DNA of 64,000 nucleotides, taken from assembly GCA_965153285.1 (NCBI GenBank), contig OZ229112.1. One strand, written 5' to 3'. The first letter of the stretch is position 1, and each line of letters opens with the position of its first letter. Positions 62,143 through 64,000 of the stretch are shown one piece after another. The notes under the pieces are model-generated. The model saw only the letters and a program-made list of their open reading frames with translations, was not told the DNA's origin and made no database searches. The position numbers were made by a program, and so were the translations under genes. The stretch comes from Podarcis tiliguerta. Taxonomy: Eukaryota.

Positions 62143-64000
62143 GTAAGAGACCAATGCATGCTTACCTGGGAGCATCGCTCCTTGAAGTCAACAGGACTCA
62201 GCCACAAGGAAACATGTATAAGAGAGGGCTGCTCCGTGCTAGGATTGCATATAAAACACACCGAAGCTATTTGCTGTGGCGTGATCATTACTGCATGCAG
62301 TTTAATGGAAGTTTGTCTACCATAATGGATCCGTCACATACAACTGATACATATCGATTCAGCTTTGTTCATGTTCTTGGCTTTGATGCCAGAAATTGTT
62401 GTTCCTTTCTCATTTTTGTTCCAGGAAAGAGTACAAGCAAATTTCTTCTTTTTCCCATTATTGACCTAAGTATGTAACACAGCAAGCACCCCTAACACAC
62501 TGTGTTCTTAATTTCTGTGTTTCCCCTGTGACTTTTGTCTGCACACTCACCTTCTTGAGATTTCATTCTCTGCTCTTCTTTTTCTTGGTCAGTCCAATTC
62601 TGCCAGATGCCCTTGTACTACTTACTATCTCTTATGAACCAGTTGAGAGTCCCATGAGTAACTGAAATAGGCAGAAGGTATTACCTCTATCTATGCCAGA
62701 GTCCTGCTGCAGAAGGGTACCTGGGCCTGCTGGAGCATCATGCAAGAGAGGCAAAGTTGGATATTGTATGAGGCAGGTGGAAATTGTGGCAGATTTCTGC
62801 TGGAACCAGATCAGGGCAATCGTTGCCTCAGGTCTTGCGACACACGATGCTCACTTACATCAATTCCCTTTAAAATAAATGGGCCATACAGTTGTGTAAC
62901 TAGCTGCAGCCATGATCATTTTAGCTTCCTGTTTCTGAGATGAATAACCCGACTAGGGAGATATATATTTACTACTTTTTTCCCCACAGTGGCAAAGAAA
63001 GAACTGAGATCACATAGGCTATATGCACCATAATCCTCTGCACGTTCACCTGGAAGAGAGCAATGCTGAGTTCACTGGCATTTATTCCATTAAGTGTGCA
63101 CAGGCTTTGCAGCCCTGGCAATAGAAACAGATCTCCCCCTCACCTTTCATTGTTGCATTCAGAACACTCTCCAGTCCCTTTATGCAGAATTTTATTTCGC
63201 TTCTCTTCCCAGGCCCGGCTGTTTGTGCTCGTTTCCCATTAAAAACAGAGCACATTCATCCTTTGAATGTAAAGTTTCTCATCTGAAACTTCTTGCTAAG
63301 CCTCAACATGACATCAGGCTAGACAGGGTTGGGATTACACCAGTGTGGCATTTTAGCAAGGTTTGCATGCATTCTCTGGCCCACTGCTAACTTGAAACTT
63401 AAGCATATTGTTACCATGGATCTAAGGTGTCTGGGAACATCACCTACTCTAGTGATGCCATTAGCCCTAGGGCTTTTGTCACTAAAGGGCACATTTGCAA
63501 ACCTCTGAATAGAGCAAAAGGTGTTGGGAGAGCTCTTTTAAAAATGTGTTTTGAGAAGCCCTTTGGCTTAGTTCCCTATATTGAACTTTGCTTAGAATCA
63601 CAAATTGCAGAGGGACCACTATGGAAGAAAACCACACTTTTCAATACTGTAGTTAATCTGGAGACCTGCTAATTTAATGTTTCATCTTTGTTCTCCTTTG
63701 ACCGAGCCACAAAGCAAGGAAGGACTTGCACCTGCCTCTCCCCAGCCCTCTGTCAAAAAATGGGTGACAAAATGCCAAAAATGAAAGAAATCACATCACT
63801 GGTCGTAAAGCAGTTTCTGCTTAAGGCCGTATTTTATTTTGGGTTTGTAACAGCAACCTTTAATATTTAACTTATTTTGTAGATGTGAGATGCTTTATTT
63901 CCCCTTGTCTTGAAAGCATCCCCCCCCCACCCTCAACTGCTTTTTGCGTGCTTTTACCCAGTTATAGACAGTAAACTGCTCCATAGGCAAACCTGGCTGC

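Overview
Eukaryotic DNA from a squamate reptile, probably a lacertid lizard, judged from the Sauria SINE and other squamate repeats. The window holds COL9A1 (collagen IX alpha-1) on the + strand. I mapped exons 1-36 by hand from splice sites, reading phase and recalled similarity to human COL9A1; the last two exons lie beyond the right edge. An alternative first exon (1*) for the short, NC4-less isoform sits in intron 6. The introns carry Tc1/mariner-type and hAT-type MITEs, SINEs, L2/CR1/BovB fragments, microsatellites and one 161-N gap. The most unusual object is a 6.56-kb antisense LTR retrotransposon in intron 35 (54575-61133). It has apparently identical 1028-bp LTRs, a GCAGC target-site duplication, a PBS and a PPT. 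Its single uninterrupted 1392-aa ORF reads: Gag with SCAN-like capsid and CCHC knuckle, active-site protease, a second degenerate protease copy, an integrase remnant, RT lacking fingers/palm and YxDD, and an intact RNase H. It looks like a recently mobilised non-autonomous Gmr1-like element that keeps its ORF open. Other notable points are a GC-AG intron, a Gly-to-Ala substitution in the COL2 helix, and a 35-nt spacing that would sterically exclude exon 7 from the short isoform.
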